Of a stretch of 64,000 bases of DNA, positions 12,400 through 26,200 are shown one piece after another (positions within the stretch are counted from its first letter, which is position 1; each line of letters begins with the position of its first letter). The notes beneath the pieces are model-generated. The model was not told the DNA's origin and made no database searches. It saw only the letters and a program-made list of their open reading frames with translations. This DNA comes from the human T2T-CHM13v2.0 reference genome, Homo sapiens. The DNA lies in the NCBI RefSeq assembly GCF_009914755.1, contig NC_060928.1; one strand, given 5' to 3'. Both the position numbers and the translations under genes were made by a program.

Positions 12400-15300
12400 C
12401 TAAGAGGAGAATTCTAAATGTGGAGAACAATGGTGGTGGTCTGATTTCAAATCTTCCTCACATCTTCCCAAATAACCATAAAATCAACCAGGCACTCCAC
12501 ACCCCTAGCATCACTGGAAGACAGAGAGTACCACAACCTTCAAATAATCTGCAAGTACAGGGAAATCTTTTTCCAAAACAATTCCCGCAGCCCACCTACC
12601 AACACTACAAGCCTAGGGGTACAGAAAATGGGAGGGAAGAGGTAAGCAGAAGACAGAAAAAGTACAGATAAATTCATCCCCAGAGGTGAAAAAGTAAAGG
12701 CCAAAATATTAAGCACAGGTTGGAACTTGATAGTCCATAGCCCTGACAATGGGGTAAGGGTTTGAAGAAGTAGCGGCCTCAGAGAAGCAGGGTTTCTTGG
12801 GGTGAATGAGATACAGAGAGAAAAAATGGTCTCCCCTAGGGACATGGCAGTCAAGGGAAAGAAGGAAATGAGAGAGGAACACCAAGGAACCAGCAGAAGC
12901 AAAACACAAGCTAGATATACCACCCTTCTTCCATCCTTCCCACCCAACACCACTACCCATAAAGAAAGTGCATGGCAGAAGGCAGTCTCAAAGTAGGACC
13001 CTTGTCCACAAAATGAATAGGAATAGATAAAAGCAGACTATATCTACTGCAAAATGTCAGAAAACATGAATACAATCTTTTCTGCTGATGAAAAGTCTCT
13101 CCCACAAACAACAAACATGAAGCCAAAGAAAACTGAAACATAATACTCCAAACTGAACCCAGTAGGCTCAAACAAGAATTTAGGGTATGAAAAATCACCC
13201 CTGAATTAGAAATGTAAAGCCAAAGAATAAAAATGGACAAGAAACAAAACAAGCAAACAAACAAACAAACAGGAAGAGATGAAATGAGAGTTGATTAAAG
13301 TTAGGAAAGACAGAGAAATAAAAAACAAAACTATATCAGAAATAAAGACTGAATCACAAAGTACACAAGCGATGACAGGTTGTAATAAAAATTTAATAAA
13401 GGCACTGAAGAAAATCAGGAAAGCCACCATGAGAATAAAAAATAAAATAAAGAAGTAAAAAGGGTGAGAGCTGGGTGTGGTGGCTCATGCCTGTAATCCC
13501 AGCACTTAGAGATGCAAAAGCAGGAGGATAGCTTGAACCCCGGAGTTCAAGAACTGCCTGGGCAACAGGGCAAGACCCCATTCTCCACAAAAAGGAAGAA
13601 AAGAAGACAAAAAAAAGGAGTGAGAGAGGACTGAAATTGAAGACAGGTAAATGAGGTTGAATATAATACAACTGGGTTTCCTAAAGGAAAAACATGAAAC
13701 AGAACTACTATTTAAAACTATAATCCAAGAAAATTTTCTAGAAATAAAGACCCGAATGTACACATTTTCCATATCAGGGAAAAGTGATCAAGAATGATAA
13801 ACTCTGAGACATACACTAGTAATACAATATTAAGACTTTAAAGATAATGAAAAAATCCTCAGTGTGTCCAGGCAAAAAAGATGAAATAATTTACAAAGGC
13901 AAGAAGATTAGACTGGCACCAGGTTATTAAAAAACAATACACACAGTAAGGCAAGAGTGTAGTAGTACTTTCAAGAAGGGAAAGAAAGGACAAACCAAGG
14001 ATATTACAGCCAGCCAAGATGTCCCTCAAAAGGTTTGAAGCCACAAAAAAGCAGTTTTGACTGTACCGGGACACTGTGCCGTGTGCCTCTGCTGAGGATT
14101 CTACTAGAGAAGATGAGCCTCATTCACCCAAAAGACCACTGTAAAATGTGGCAGTGTCTACAACTGGTGAAGATCTTCAAGGTTTTGTGTAGGTTCTAAA
14201 TTTTTAAAAGTAAATTTGGAAAAAAAGGATAAAGACAAACATTTAAAAAACAAGACCGGGAAAACTGCAAGGGGACTGATGGTGAATATTTAAATACTCA
14301 ATTATAGAGTTGAGAAAAACAAAGGTGAGGTAATGGCACTGAATAGCGATATAAATATTATGTGCATGACAAAGGAGAATAAATGTAACTAAAAACGGAA
14401 GGAAGAGGGAGAAAAGTGGAAAGTAAAAGACCATTGACTTAAAATGGAATAGACAGCAGTCAAAGGACACCACTTAAAACTGAGAAAAAGTAAAAGGTCA
14501 AGTAAGAAAAAGCAGGTTTAAAAGTGCACTATAAAAAGCATAAGTACAAAAGTAACCACTAGAGTAAAAATACAAACCTTCTTAAATGACAAAGAATTTT
14601 AAATGGAAACATAAAGAAGAAACACCAAATAAAGAAACTCTAGCAAATATAACACATTCAGTAATTACACCCACAAGATAATAGAATGATGTGAAAAAAA
14701 TACCACAGAATTTAGACCAAACAGTCATGTTGATTAATGTAAGAGGACTTAACTTGCCTATTGGAAGAAAAGGATTTTCAAATTGACTTTAAAAAAAACA
14801 ACCCTGCTATGTACAAAAAAGTATGCCTAAAAACACACGCAGAGATTCAAAAAGACTAAAAATAAAAGGATGAACAAAAATTGCCAGGCAAATGAAAACA
14901 ACAAGAAAGCACGGGTTAAAATCCTAATACCAGACTAAGTTGTCTTCAAGCCAGAGAGCATTAACTAAAACAAATTGCAGTGCACTTGAAGTTAAAAGCC
15001 ACATTGCACAATAAAGATATGTACCATATAACACAGCAATCACTTGGATAAAGCATAAATCCACAGAAGATACGGTAAGAACTGCAAACGCAGTAATAAT
15101 GGGAGGCTTTAACGGACAATTAGTATGAGACAGGCCAAGTGGACAAAAAATAAGTAGAGATATAAAAGATTTAGAAGAACTAATCACTAAGGTAGACCTT
15201 TTGGCTATATATTAAACACTATACTTTGATAACAGACAATATACTTTCCTCTCCAAGGGCACATGAAACATTCACAAAAATCAGTCATATTCTAGGGCAC

Positions 15301-15780
15301 AAATCAGTAGGTTCCATAAAGTAGGTTTCCATAAAGTAGAAATGTTACAAACAACACCTTCTGGTCACAGTATAATAAAGCTAAAAATTAAAATCAAAAT
15401 CTCCAAATTAAAAAGGTCTTTCTACCTGGAAATTAAAAGGCCTTCTATTAAACAACTCTTGTGTGATAAGGGAAACACAAGCTGAAATTAAATAATTTCT
15501 GAAAAATAATAATGAAAATAGTACATATCAATCTGTGACATACATTAAAATAGTAAAAAGATGAAAATTCCCAGCCCTGGACACCTACATCAATAAAAAT
15601 GAAATAATAAAAGTAAATTCATTAAGTGTCTAACACAAAAACATAGAAAAATGGGTGAACTAAAAGAAAGCACAAGTAGGAAATAATAAATGCAAAAGCA
15701 GAAATTAAGATAGAAAAAAGAAAAACAATGAGTCAAATTCATGAATCAAAATCTTCATTCTCTAAAAAACAAAACAAAAT
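12400..15780 (+). mobile_element. Old degenerate L1M (ORF1 and endonuclease region)
   Basis: A-rich strand with L1 ORF1/EN-like motifs (AAGAAGATTAGACTGGCA, GGATATTACAGCCAGCCAAG, ACATTCACAAAAATCAGTCATATTCTAGG); boundaries approximate. Confidence 0.7.
13469..13615 (+). mobile_element. Alu left monomer (FLAM/AluJ-like)
   Basis: Single monomer followed by A-rich tail. Confidence 0.8.
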
Positions 15781-16920
15781 AGATGTGGGTGAGGACCACT
15801 AAAGTGATGGGAAGAGGAAGATCATGTAACACGCTGCTTATCATTTTTACATTAATTCATGATTGTAAGCATAAAGTCTCTAAAAATTTAAAAAAACCCT
15901 GAGCTTAACAGTTTTTATTAAACGGAATTCATTTTTATTTCACTCACATTTTCTTCCTTTTGATTACTGAGATGCCACCTGTCAAAACTACAATTAACGA
16001 TAGAACATATCTACCTTAATATGCTTCGTGCTATCGTTTTTTAGGAAGTAAGTAGTAGGTAGGGAGATATTCCATAAAGAATTATAACAAATAGAATGTT
16101 AGTCAAGATTGCTAGGCAATTTAAATGTTCTAAATAGAAGAGACTGCTACTTGAGGAAAAAAAAACCTTGCCTATTGAAAGAAAAGGATTTTCAAATTGG
16201 CTTATAAAAAACGACTCTATGCTGTGTACAAGAAGGATGCCTTCTCATTTAAACGAGTTTCATTGTGAATGTTTGTTGTATAACTTTACTGATACACTAA
16301 CATGATACATTTTGGGATTCTTCAGGATAATGAATGACACTAAGAAAGTTCAAATTGCTGAGTAATGTTATCATGAATTAGAGATCAATCAGAAGCATAA
16401 AGGAATGAGTAGGACAGATATAGAACCACAACCAAATACTGGCAAATCATATAGTAATTCACTATCAAAGACTTTAGTATTAAGCAGGAAACAGAATCTA
16501 AGATCAAGGTAAGCAGAATTGAAAATAGGAGTTAGAGAGTAGAGAAAAGAAGAAAGAGGAAGGTTTGGCTTTAGAATATTCTGATGTGGAAACCACACTT
16601 GTCTACTTTGACGTAAGATGATGAATGCTTGCGTTATTCATCATAACTCACTATGAATGCTTGTGTTATTCATAACAGGCTGTTGGAAAGCAGCAGTCCT
16701 TCAAAGGGGAATTTTTTTCTTAGAAAATTAGTAGTTTACAGAAGACAGCATAGGTTTATTCACTTAAACAAGAGTTGTTTTTTTAAATTTTTAATTAAAA
16801 AATTTTATTATTATTATTTTTTACTGCTCCTTGTGCAGCAGGGCTACCCCATAAGCAGTGTGCCCAGAGTAGTCAGGAGTTTCACTTCTTTATATACATA
16901 TATGTATATATATATATATT

Positions 16921-17757
16921 TTTTTATTATACTTTAAGTTCTAGGGTACATGTGCACAACGTGCAGGTTTGTTACATATGTACACATGTGCTATGTTGGT
17001 GAGCTGCACCCATTAACTTGTCATTTACATTAGGTATATCTCCTAATGCTATCCCTCCCCGCTCCCCCCACCCCACAACAGGCCCTGGTGTGTGATGTTC
17101 CCCTTCCTGTGTTCATGTGTTCTCATTGTTCAATTCCCACCTATGAGTGAGAACATGCGGTGTTTGGTTTTTTGTCCTTGTGATAGTTTGCTGAGAATGA
17201 TGGTTTCCAGCTTCATCCACGTCCCTACAAAGGGCATGAACTCATCATTTTTTATGGCTGCACAGTATTCCATGGCGTATATGTGCCACATTTTCTTAAT
17301 CCAGTCTATCATTGTTGGACATTTGGGTTGGTTCCAAGTCTTTGCTATTGTGAATAGTGCCGCAATAAAAACACGTGTTCATGTGTCTTTATAGCCGCAT
17401 GATTTATAATCCTTTGCATATATACCCAGTAATGGGATGGCTGGGTCAAATGGTATTTCTAGATCTAGATCTCTGAGGAATTGCCACATTGTCTTCCACA
17501 ATGGCTGAACTAGTTTACAGTCCCACCAACAGTGTAAAAGTGTTCCTATTTCTCCACATCCTCTCCAGCACCTGTTGTTTCCTGACTTTTTAATGATCGC
17601 CATTCTAACTGGTGTGAGATGGTATCTCATTGTGGTTTTGATTTGCATTTCTGACGGCCAGTGATGATGAGCATTTTTTCACGTGTCTTTTGGCTGCATA
17701 AATGTCTTCTTTTGAGAAGTGTCTGTTCATATCCTTTGCCCACTTTTTGATGGGGTT
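16921..17757 (-). mobile_element. 5'-truncated L1PA (~840 bp) with (TA)n-type tail at ~16891-16920
   Basis: ORF2 C-terminal peptides [42 protein letters not shown] and DWIKKMWHIY on the minus strand; L1PA 3' UTR. Confidence 0.95.
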
Positions 17758-18275
17758 TCAACAAGAATTTTAAAACAACTGTTTATTTGTAAAGAGGATG
17801 CTTAGTATCTCTGTTGCCAATGCTGGTAGTTATTTTGTGTGTGTATTTTAGAGTAATGAAAATCTGCATTTAAATAATATTTGTAATTCATTTTCACTAT
17901 TTTAGACTGACCATATATCCTGAATTTGGTCAAGTCATCAGTGTTTCTCTACTTTTGTGACACTATAGGAATTGAAATATTTTTCCTATTTTCAGGCATA
18001 AAGCTTATGAAATGATTAAAGATTTCTAGAAAAAGCAAGGTTTTTTGCTTCAATAAATCATAAAATTGTTAAAAAAAAAACTCTGCACTTGGTTGAATTG
18101 GGGATCATAACATGAACTTACATGTGTTTATTTTAAATCTCTGAGTAAAATACAGAGGTGAGATCTTGGCCTCTTCTGACATGCCGAAGGTCTATTATGA
18201 ACAGTTCTGCCTGATTTAAAATTATGAACAGGTTCACATTAAAAGGAGCCTTACATTTTTAAAAAGTAGTATCTA

Positions 18276-18601
<326 letters not shown>

Positions 18602-18904
18602 CTATTCTACTCTAGTTATTTGATTGGAATGTTGCCAAAAAAAAAAAGGTCTAAGAAACCACAGACCACAAAGAGGGAACTTTTGGAGGAAAATTCCCTA
18701 AAGCCTTAGGCTTTGTTATATAGCTGAGATAAAGCGTTTAAAAGTACCTCCTGGGTTCTGACTCCTGCTCCTTGGAGTCGAAAGGCCCTGGTGGATGTGC
18801 ACTTATACTTTTCCTAGTATGAATAATCCTCACCTTGATTTCTTTTTGTATGGCTACTACTTAAGGTGGACCTCTCCTGTGACTATCATAGAATGAATAA
18901 CTGA

Positions 18905-19211
<307 letters not shown>

Positions 19212-19845
19212 AAGTTCTATTTTGATTGCGTACAGATGACTTATGATGTATGTTCTATTTAGATTCCTGGATTCTTCAACTGACTCAAGCTCCTAGGTTG
19301 ATGAACCACCCTACCTTCCACAGAAACCTGAGACTGGGGATCTTACAGAACTGATCTACATTCTTCTAGAACCAGTCTGCAGGTATGTTTTCCTTGGGAA
19401 ATTCTGAGGTACCTCGGGACTGATTCAAAGAAACATACTGGGCTGGTACAATCTCAGAAACACAATAAGGAGAACCATTCATGTTGAACAGTATTGTACT
19501 ACCTGAATTGCTGTTAGCTGCTTATTAACTTCACATGCTCTCAGTGTCTGTTTTCTCAATCACACTCTTTCAAGTCTCTGGATGTTGTAATCCTAGCTCT
19601 GTGATCTACTAGCTGTGCCACCTTGAGAACAATATTTAACCTCTCTATGACTATACGAGGGAGATAAAAAGTATACAGCTTAAAAGGTAAAAGAGTGTAT
19701 ACCTCAAAAGAATAAGAGTTAACTGAGATAACTCACGTGCAGGCCTTCCTACATAGTAACTGCGGCCTTCCTACATAGTAACTGCCTCAACACATACAAG
19801 GTACCAGATAATTGGACAGCAATAACATGAATAACAATACTATCT

Positions 19846-20148
19846 GGCAGGGCACAGTGGCTCACGCCTGTAATCTCAACACTTTGGGAAGCAAAGGTGG
19901 GCGGATCACTTGAGCCCAGGATTTAGAGACCAGCCTGGTCAACAGAGTGAGACTCTGTCTTTACAAAAAATGAAAAAATTAGCCGGGCATGGTGGTACTT
20001 GCCTGTAGTCCCAGCTACGTGGAAGGGTGAGGTGGGAGGATCCCTTGAGCCCAAGAGTTCAAGGCTGTAATCAGCCATGATCACCACTGCACTCCAGCCT
20101 GGGTGACAGAGCAAGACTCCATCTCAAAAAAACAAAAACCAAAAAAAG
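19846..20148 (+). mobile_element. AluJ within a MIR relic
   Basis: J-type TTGAGCCCAGG; TSD CAATACTATCT (19835-19845 / 20162-20172). Confidence 0.9.
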
Positions 20149-20815
20149 CACCCCAAAATCCCAATACTATCTTTATAACTTAAGCAGTGTATGTAAACTA
20201 ACTCATTTTCCCATAATAAAGAGCAATATTGAGTTTCATATAGGCCCACTAACAAAAGAAAGTGGGTTTAATCTGCATTGACTAAACACAGGGACTATTA
20301 TAATGTAATACGGAATTAAGCTACTTACGATCGCATTTCACCCATACATAATACCATCTAGCAGGGAGGCAATATGGAAGATGCACAGAACTTAGAATCA
20401 GGAAACTTAATTCTGTCATTGGTTAACTGTGAGAGCATGGGCAGACCTTTTCATATCTCTGAGTCTCAATTTCCATCCTTACTAAATGAAATTACAGTTG
20501 TGTTTTTCAAACCCTTCTTAAGCAGTGGAAATGTTTCTTTAAATCTAAGCGCCACACACCCTCCTCTCTGCCCCAGAGACACCTCTATGGAACACAGAGG
20601 GCCCCACTGAACATAGTCTGAAAACCACAAAGATAAAGCTCTTGCAGCTTTTATATTGTAGGCCTACGATATATTTATATTCTGGCCTAGGCATCCATCA
20701 AATTCAAGGCTTCAGGTTTTCTAAAATAAATCAGATATAGATACAGATAAAATAGTATTATCAGTTGTATATGTTCACAATTCTTAAATATAACTACAAG
20801 TAAAATAAAAGTTAC

Positions 20816-20858
20816 CTTAACTTCTGGATATTCTTATTTTCACTTATTCTATTAATAT
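20816..20858 (-). other. CCDC158: Probable 43-nt non-coding 5' UTR exon of CCDC158
   Basis: Minus strand ttgttttttcAG|ATATTAAT...GAAGTTAAG|GTAACT: strong acceptor and donor in a non-repeat island; no ATG. Confidence 0.65.
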
Positions 20859-21056
20859 CTGAAAAAACAAAATATTTAAAATCTGTTCATTTATATATAT
20901 TTCATTAACTGAAATTTATTATTTCAAAAGTTCAATTTACAAATTCATGTTCATCACTTAAGACCTTGACAATATGTAAAACACACATATAACAATGGCA
21001 ACAAGAAGTGTTATTTTTTCCTTTTATGTGAAAGTACATTTTAAGAGCCTAGAGCA

Positions 21057-21492
21057 GGCCAGGCATGGTGGCTAATACCTGTAATCCCAACACTTTGGGA
21101 GGCTGAGGAAGGAAGACTGCTTGAGGCCAGGAGTTTGAGATCAGCCTAGGCCACATAGTAAGACCTTGCCTCTACAAAAAATTTTTTTAAAAATAGCCTA
21201 TAGTGGCCGGGCATGGTGGCTCATGACTGTTATCCCAGTATTTTGGGAAGCTGAGGTGGGCGCATCACTTGAGGCCAGGAATTCAAGACCAACATGGGGA
21301 AACCCCGTCTCTACTAAAAATACAAAAATTAGCTGGCCATGGTGGCATGTGCCTGTAATCCCAGCTACTTGGGAGGCTGAGGCAGGAGAATTGCTTGACA
21401 TGGGAGGCAGATATTGCAGTGAGCCGAGATTGTGCCACTACACTCCAGCCTGGGTGACAGAACGAGACTCCATCTCAAAGAAAAGAAAAAAA
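21057..21492 (+). mobile_element. Alu monomer (21057-21190) followed by AluS (21204-21492)
   Basis: Alu consensus matches; TSD AAAATAGCCTATAG around the second element. Confidence 0.9.
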
Positions 21493-21937
21493 TAGCCTAT
21501 AGCACTTATCTAAATCATGTTTTTACAACAAAATGTGTTTAATTATATGCTATTGGCCCAATTTTAATTTTAGTGGCACAGATCTCATTGGCACTATCAA
21601 GATAATGTAGCAAGTAAACCTACAGGCACATATGACCTAATATCAATATTCTCAGACCTGGCCTTTCTCCAGGTACAGTCCAAACTGACTTAAATAGACC
21701 AGCTAAATATCTTCTGACCATTTTAACTGCTCTTCACTGTTTGGAAATGCTCTTGACCAGGCAACATCACTTGTGCTTGGTTAGAGAAGTAATTGGGTAG
21801 AGAAACTTCTGTCTGGTGAGTCAAAACAGGTCTATCTATATATTGTAAGCAGGTATACCGAAATGATAAACCACCAAGATTTTTGGAATATCTCGGTGGA
21901 ATGTAAGCAGTTTTTCCACATTTAAAAAAATGAATGA

Positions 21938-22254
<317 letters not shown>

Positions 22255-22657
22255 TCAGACTAATGAATGGAAGTAAAGAGAGACAGAGTTTAGTTCAAGG
22301 TGGAGATGGATTTTCTAAAGACTAGAGCACCCTGAATATATATGTGGAGGGCTTCCTTGAGAGGTGTTGAAGATAAGAATGGGTGAGCACTTGTTGAAAT
22401 GGCAACTGCCACTGGTATTCTTTCTTGGGTAGAGTGTTGGACTAGAAAAATCTCTAAAATCTTCTCCAGTTTGGACATTCTATGATTTCCCATGGAAAAC
22501 ATCCAACAAAAACCTGACCTAAAATATGATGACTTCTCACAGATGATATCAGTCAACAGCAAAGCCAGATAGGAACAATTCTAAACTGCTTCCAGCAAGT
22601 TTCATGCTATTTTGTTAAAAATGTTTGGCTCTAGATAAATTAGAATAAAGTTTTTAC

Positions 22658-22931
22658 TTTTCTTTTTTCTTTCTTTCTTTTTTTTGAGACAGGGTCTCAC
22701 TTTGTCACCCAGGTGGCTGTGCAGTGGTGGCTCAAGTGATCCTTCCACCTCAGTCCCCCAAGTAGCTGGGACTACAGCTGCACACCACCATGCCTGGCTA
22801 ATTTTTGTATTTTTAGTAGAGACGGGGTTTTGCCATGTTGCGCAGGCTGGTCTTGAACTCCTGAACTCCAGGGATCTGTCTGTCCCAGCCTCCCAAAGTG
22901 CTAGGACAGGGATAAGCCACCATTCCCAGCT
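22658..22931 (-). mobile_element. AluJ-like with internal deletion
   Basis: Alu consensus with part of the right arm missing. Confidence 0.85.
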
Positions 22932-23266
22932 AAGTTTTTTTCCTTTAACATTTCTGCATATATGTTTACAGTCGTATTAAATTCACCTTATCCCAAATCT
23001 GCTCTTTTCATCTCCTCACTAAACCTTCTTTCTTGGGTGTTTCAAGTATCTTCATCAATTCAAATTCCATATCCAATTAATCACCATATTCTGTTAAGTT
23101 TAAAATCAAGACCAATCAAGTTTCCACCCTCATGAATTTATATTCCAATGGGGAAAGAAAGGCATTAAGGGGAAAAAAATCACAAATATAATTTTGGAGA
23201 GTTGTCAAGTACAATAAAGAAAATAACAAAGAACAGTGGTATAAAGAGAGATGGAGTTGAGACTCC

Positions 23267-26200
23267 TGATATGGTTTGGCTGTGTCCCCACCCAAATCTC
23301 AACTTGAACAGTATCTCCCAGAATTCCCACGTGCGTGGGAGGGACCCAGGATGAGGTAATTGAATCATGGAGGCCGGTCTTTCCCGTGCTATTCTTGTGA
23401 TAGTGAATAAGTTTTATGAGATCCGATGGGGTTGTAAGGGTTTTCCGCTTTTGCTTCTTCATTTTCTCTTGCTGCTGCCAAGTAAGAATTGCCTTTTGCC
23501 TCCTTCATGATTCTGAAACCTCCCCAGCCGTGTGGAACTGTAAGTCCAATTAAACCTCTTTTTCTTCTTCTCAGTATGTCTTTAACAGCAGCGTGAAAAC
23601 AGACTAATACAGTAAATTGGTACCAGTAGTGTGGGGCATTGCTGAAAAGATACCAGAAAATGTGGACGCGACTTTGCAACTGGGTAACAGGCAGAGGTTG
23701 GAACAGTTTGGAGGGCTCAGATGAAGACAGGAAAATGTGAACTTCCTAGAGAATTGTTGAATGGCTTTGCCCAAGGTGCCAATAACAATATGGACAATAA
23801 GGTCCAGGCTGAGGTGGTCAGATGGAGATGAGGAACTTGTTGGGAACTAGAGTAAAGTTCTTGCTATGTAAGAACTTTAAGCATAGTAAACTCTTGCTAT
23901 GCTTTAGCAAAGAGTCTGGTAGCATTTTGCCCCTTCTCTAAAGATCTGTGGAACTTTGATCTTGAGAGAGATGATTTAGGGTATCTGGCAGGATAAATTT
24001 CTAAGCAGCAAACCATTAGAGAGGTGACCCGGGTACTGTTAAAGCCATTCAGTTTTATAAGGGAAGCAGAGCATAAAAGTTTGGAAAATTTGCAGCCTGA
24101 CTATGTGATAGAAAAGGAAAATCCATTTTCTGGGGAGAAATTCAAGCCGGCTGCAGAAATTTGCATAAGTAGCAAGGAGTCTGTGGGCGGCAAGCCATCC
24201 AGGTGCCGAGGCAAGAGACCGAGGGCATGAGCTGTTCCAGTATAATAAAATATACAAAATAATAAGAATAGTTATACTAGATATAGATCTTAGATATGAT
24301 TATATATGAATATCATTAATCATTAGCTTGTAGCAATTATTCTTTATTCCAATATTATAATAATCCTCACTCTACAATCATAACCTAGGAAAAACCAGGC
24401 CATACAGAGATAGGAGCTGAGGGGACATAGTGAGAAGTGACCAGAAGATGAGTGCAAGCCTTCTGTTATGCCCGGACAGGGCCACCAAAGGGCTCCTTGG
24501 TCTAACGGTAATGCCAGTGTCTGGGAAGACGCCCATTTTCAAGTGGACTGTGGTCTAGTGGTAGCGTCAGTGTCAAGGAAAAATACCCGCTACTTAGCAG
24601 ACCGGGAAAGGGAGTCTCAATTTCCCCGGGGGAGTTTAGAGAAGACTCTACTCCTCCACCTCTTGTGGAGGGCCTGACAGGCCCGCCTGCAGTTATCCAG
24701 AGGCCTAACCGTCTCCCTGTGATGCTGTCCTTCAGTGGTCATGCTCCTAGTCCGCCTTCATCTTCCATCCTGTTCACCTGGCTCTGCCTTTTAGATAGCA
24801 GTAGCAAATTAGTGAAAGTACTAGAAGTCTCTGATAAGCAGAAATAATGGTGTAAGCTGTCTCTCTCTCTCTCCTCTCTCTCTCTGCCTCGGCTGCCAGG
24901 CAGGGAATGGCCCCCTGTCCAGTGGACATGGGACCCATGTGACCTTACCTATCATTGGAGATGGCTCACACTCCTTACCCTGCCCCTTTTCTTGTATCCA
25001 ATAAATATCAGCACAGCCTGGCATTTGGGGCCACTACCGGTCTCCGCGTCTTGGTTGTAGTGGTCCCCCAGGCCCAGCTGTCTTTTATCTCTTTGTCTTG
25101 TCTCTTTATTTCTACACTCTCTCATCTCCGCACACGGGGAGAAAACCCACTGACCCTGTGGGGCTGGACTCTACAGAGTCTAATGTTAATCCCCAAGACC
25201 ATGGGAAAATGTCTCCAGGCCATGTCAGAGACCTTCATGGCAGCCCACCCCAACACAGGCCCAGAGGCCCAGGAGAAAAAAGTGGTTTTGTGGGCTGAGC
25301 CCAGGGTCCCTGTGCTGTGTGCAGCCTAGGGACTTCGTGCCCTGTGTCCCAGCTGCTCCAGTCATGGCTGAAAGGGGCCAATGTGCAGCTCAGGCTGTGG
25401 CTTCAGAGACTGGAAACTCCAAGCCTTGGCAGCTTCCATGTGGTGTTAAGCCTGAAGGTGCACAGGCCTCAAGAATTGAGGTTTGGGAACCTCTGCCTAG
25501 ATGTCAGATGTATGGAAACGCCTGGATGCCCAGGCAAAAGTTTGCTGTAGGGATGGGACCGTTATGGAGAACCTCTGCTAGCTCAGTGCTGAAGGGAAAT
25601 GTGGGGTTGGAACCCCCACACAGAGTCCCTACTGGGCACTGCCTAATGGAGTTGTTAAGAAGAGGGCCACCATCCTCCAGACCCCAGAATGGTAGATCCA
25701 CCAACACCTTGCACTGTGCACCTGAAAAGCTGCAGACACTCAACACCAGCCCATGAAAGCATCTGGGAGAGAGGCTGTACCCTGCAAAGCCACAGGGGTT
25801 GGAGCTGCCCAAGACCATGGGAACCCATCTCTCGCATCAGCGTGACCTTGATGTGAGACATGGAGTCAAAGGAGATCATTTTGTAGCTTTAAAATTTGAC
25901 TGCCCTGCTGGATTTTGGATTTGCATGGGCCCTGTAACTCCTTTGTTTTGGCCAATTTCTCCTATTTAGAATGGCTATATGTACCCAATACCTGTACCCT
26001 CATTGTATCTAGGAAGTAACTAGCTTGTTTTTGATTTTACAGGCTCATAGCCAGAAGGGACTTGGCTCGTCTCAGATGAGACTTTGGACTGAAGACTTTT
26101 GCATTAATGCTGAAATGAGTTAAGACTTTGGGGGACTACTGGTAAGGCATGATTGGTTTTGAAATGTAAGGACATGAGATTTGGAGGGGCCACAGGTGGA

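Noticed and set aside
25317-25879. 145-aa and neighbouring ORFs
   Set aside because: Decayed THE1 internal sequence with no intact retroviral domain.
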